Assembly (NCBI GenBank): GCA_030447305.1
Contig: JAUJPC010000001.1
Span: 531,739 to 595,738 of the forward strand
Length of the DNA stretch: 64,000 nt
Origin: Actinomycetota bacterium
Lineage (GTDB): Bacteria; Actinomycetota; CADDZG01; JAHWKV01
Reading direction: 5' to 3'
Shown: piece by piece, positions 62,702 through 64,000 of the stretch
Layout of the letters: each line of letters opens with the position of its first letter
How positions within the stretch are numbered: position 1 is the stretch's first letter
Program-made: the position numbers and the translations under genes
The notes under the pieces: generated by a model
What the model was told of the DNA's origin: nothing
What the model saw: the letters and a program-made list of their open reading frames with translations, nothing else
The model's database searches: none

Positions 62702-64000
62702 TTAGACCGACTCGCTCACCGAGCTCATGTGGAAGTCCCTGACCCGGAGCGGGGGCATCTTGGCGAAAGTGAAGTAGTCGCCCAACTCGCGGGCCAACGT
62801 CGACTGGGATTGCCCGATCTCCAGTGTCTGCGCCAGCATGTCCAGGGGGCTCATGTTGAACCGAAAGTTGTTGACCGCTCCCTTGACCCGGCCGTCCTCA
62901 ATCAGGAAGACGCCGTCCCTGGTCAGGCCGGTGAGGAGCAGCGTCTGCGGGTCGACCTCCCGTATGTACCACAGGCACGTCACCAACAGACCGCGCCTGG
63001 TGGAGGCGATCATCTCCTCCAGCCCCGGTCCGTCGGACGGGAAGATCAGGTTGTCGATGAACGGCTTCGGCTCCGCACCGGACACCTTCGCCCAGTGGCG
63101 CGTGGTGATGAGGCCGGTAAGCACGCCATCGGTGATCCAGTCGATCCGGCCGGTCGGAAGGCCGTTGTCGAAGATCGAGGAGTAGCTGCTGGAGGAGGTG
63201 GCGACGGTGAAGGGTGCCACCTCAAAGCCTGGCTCCTTGGGATCGGAGTAAAAGGTGATGCCGTCCGGAGCGATCGTCTCCCCGACCCGGTTGCCGCCGC
63301 CGGGCTTGCTGAAGACACTGCGGCCCTCGTCCGCGTCGCGGGCGGCAGTGCTCCAGTAAGCCTCCAGGGCCATGTCGGCGACGCAGGAGGGCTCCAGCAG
63401 AACCTCGTAGCGTCCGGCCGGCAGCGAAACCTGCTCCTTCGACCACTCCAGGCGTTGCCGTAGGCGGTCCTCCAGGGCTTCAATGTCCACGTCCTCGAAG
63501 GTTGCGGTGACCTGACCGGCCCAGGTGGACGACTTGAAGTCGGGCGTCTTGGCATTGATCTGGAACTTGCCCTCGGCACCGGAGTGGCGGCGGCGCAGGC
63601 CCGTCGACGTCGCCAGGTAAACCGTGCTCTGCACATGCTCGGCATAGCCGAACAGCAGGTAACCCTCCTCGCCGGCACGCCCGAATGCTGCCGCCAGATC
63701 GGGCGCCAGCTTGCCGAAGACCCCGATACCGGTTTGTTCGGGAGCTTGCCGCCACTCCTGGGGAACGCCGTCGCCTTGCAGGAGCGGCATCAGATCCTCT
63801 GCCGGCGGCTTGCCCTCGCACGCTGCCTCCGACTCCCGGACCAGTGATTCCAGCGTCTCCTCCGGGAAGTAGCTGCGGGACACCGATCCCACACGGCCCT
63901 CGATGATCGAGATAACGAGCAGCTGCTGCGCCTCGGTGACCCCATTGGTGGTGCTTGTGTTGAGCGCCCACCTCAGGTTAGCCGAGGAGTGGTGCCAGCC
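62702..64000 (-). CDS. TldD/PmbA-family metalloprotease-like protein, 5' end beyond the window
   Basis: The frame stays open upstream of the listed start to position 64000 ('GWHHSSANLRWALNTSTTNG...'). The C-terminal 'FNMSPLDMLAQ...' and 'MPPLRVRDFHMSS' fit the PmbA_TldD C-terminal domain. Confidence 0.75.
   Translation of the reverse strand, partial: GWHHSSANLRWALNTSTTNGVTEAQQLLVISIIEGRVGSVSRSYFPEETLESLVRESEAACEGKPPAEDLMPLLQGDGVPQEWRQAPEQTGIGVFGKLAPDLAAAFGRAGEEGYLLFGYAEHVQSTVYLATSTGLRRRHSGAEGKFQINAKTPDFKSSTWAGQVTATFEDVDIEALEDRLRQRLEWSKEQVSLPAGRYEVLLEPSCVADMALEAYWSTAARDADEGRSVFSKPGGGNRVGETIAPDGITFYSDPKEPGFEVAPFTVATSSSSYSSIFDNGLPTGRIDWITDGVLTGLITTRHWAKVSGAEPKPFIDNLIFPSDGPGLEEMIASTRRGLLVTCLWYIREVDPQTLLLTGLTRDGVFLIEDGRVKGAVNNFRFNMSPLDMLAQTLEIGQSQSTLARELGDYFTFAKMPPLRVRDFHMSSVSESV

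Overview
This is a gene-dense, high-GC, actinobacterial-type chromosomal segment, judged by eye. Supporting signs are TCGAAC-N4-GTTCG SOS boxes, imuA'-imuB/dnaE2, DUF3048 and SARP-type genes.

Left third. After a tRNA-Met (2617-2689) the region looks accessory. It holds a MacB-type ABC exporter, a PG-binding HlyD-like adaptor, a Cys-repeat lipoprotein and an OmpR/HK two-component system. Next come IS481- and IS3-family transposase remnants (8.6-12.4 kb). After that is a heavily frameshifted AraC / VOC / UvrA-like block (12.6-15.9 kb).

Centre, 16-19.7 kb. This is the module I consider most unusual, and it lies on one strand. It comprises an ECF sigma factor, a translationally coupled membrane (anti-sigma-like) protein, and a secreted protein with a duplicated CxxC motif. 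It also holds a basic 76-aa protein and three tandem paralogous 64-68-aa acidic peptides that I cannot assign to any family.

Middle. This part is mostly housekeeping and stress genes: hydrolases, an aminotransferase, a USP remnant plus an APH/AAA kinase-like protein, a lipase, modABC plus a ModE-like regulator, and Hsp20. It also holds YqeY, queA, an SDR, soxR, DUF3048, YciI, a LigD polymerase domain and a CDGSH protein.

Right third. The SOS mutasome genes dnaE2 and imuA'-imuB each sit behind the same LexA-type box. They are separated by about 8.6 kb containing an M23-peptidase/DUF1023 fusion with an overlapping lipoprotein gene, an S1 protease, a SARP/ATPase/TPR regulator, a cupin and arfB. 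After imuA' come DUF3224, an NCS2 permease, VOC proteins, a rhodanese, a GAF-PP2C phosphatase, TerC, RNase Z and a TldD/PmbA gene that runs off the window.

At least 14 genes carry +/-1 frameshifts, often at short homopolymers. These are very unevenly distributed: about 13 in the 3.4-kb AraC-VOC-UvrA block and none in the 3.3-kb dnaE2. I saw no CRISPR array, no rRNA, no intact mobile element and no recognisable defence system. All family assignments are from reading the translations, and no database search was run.
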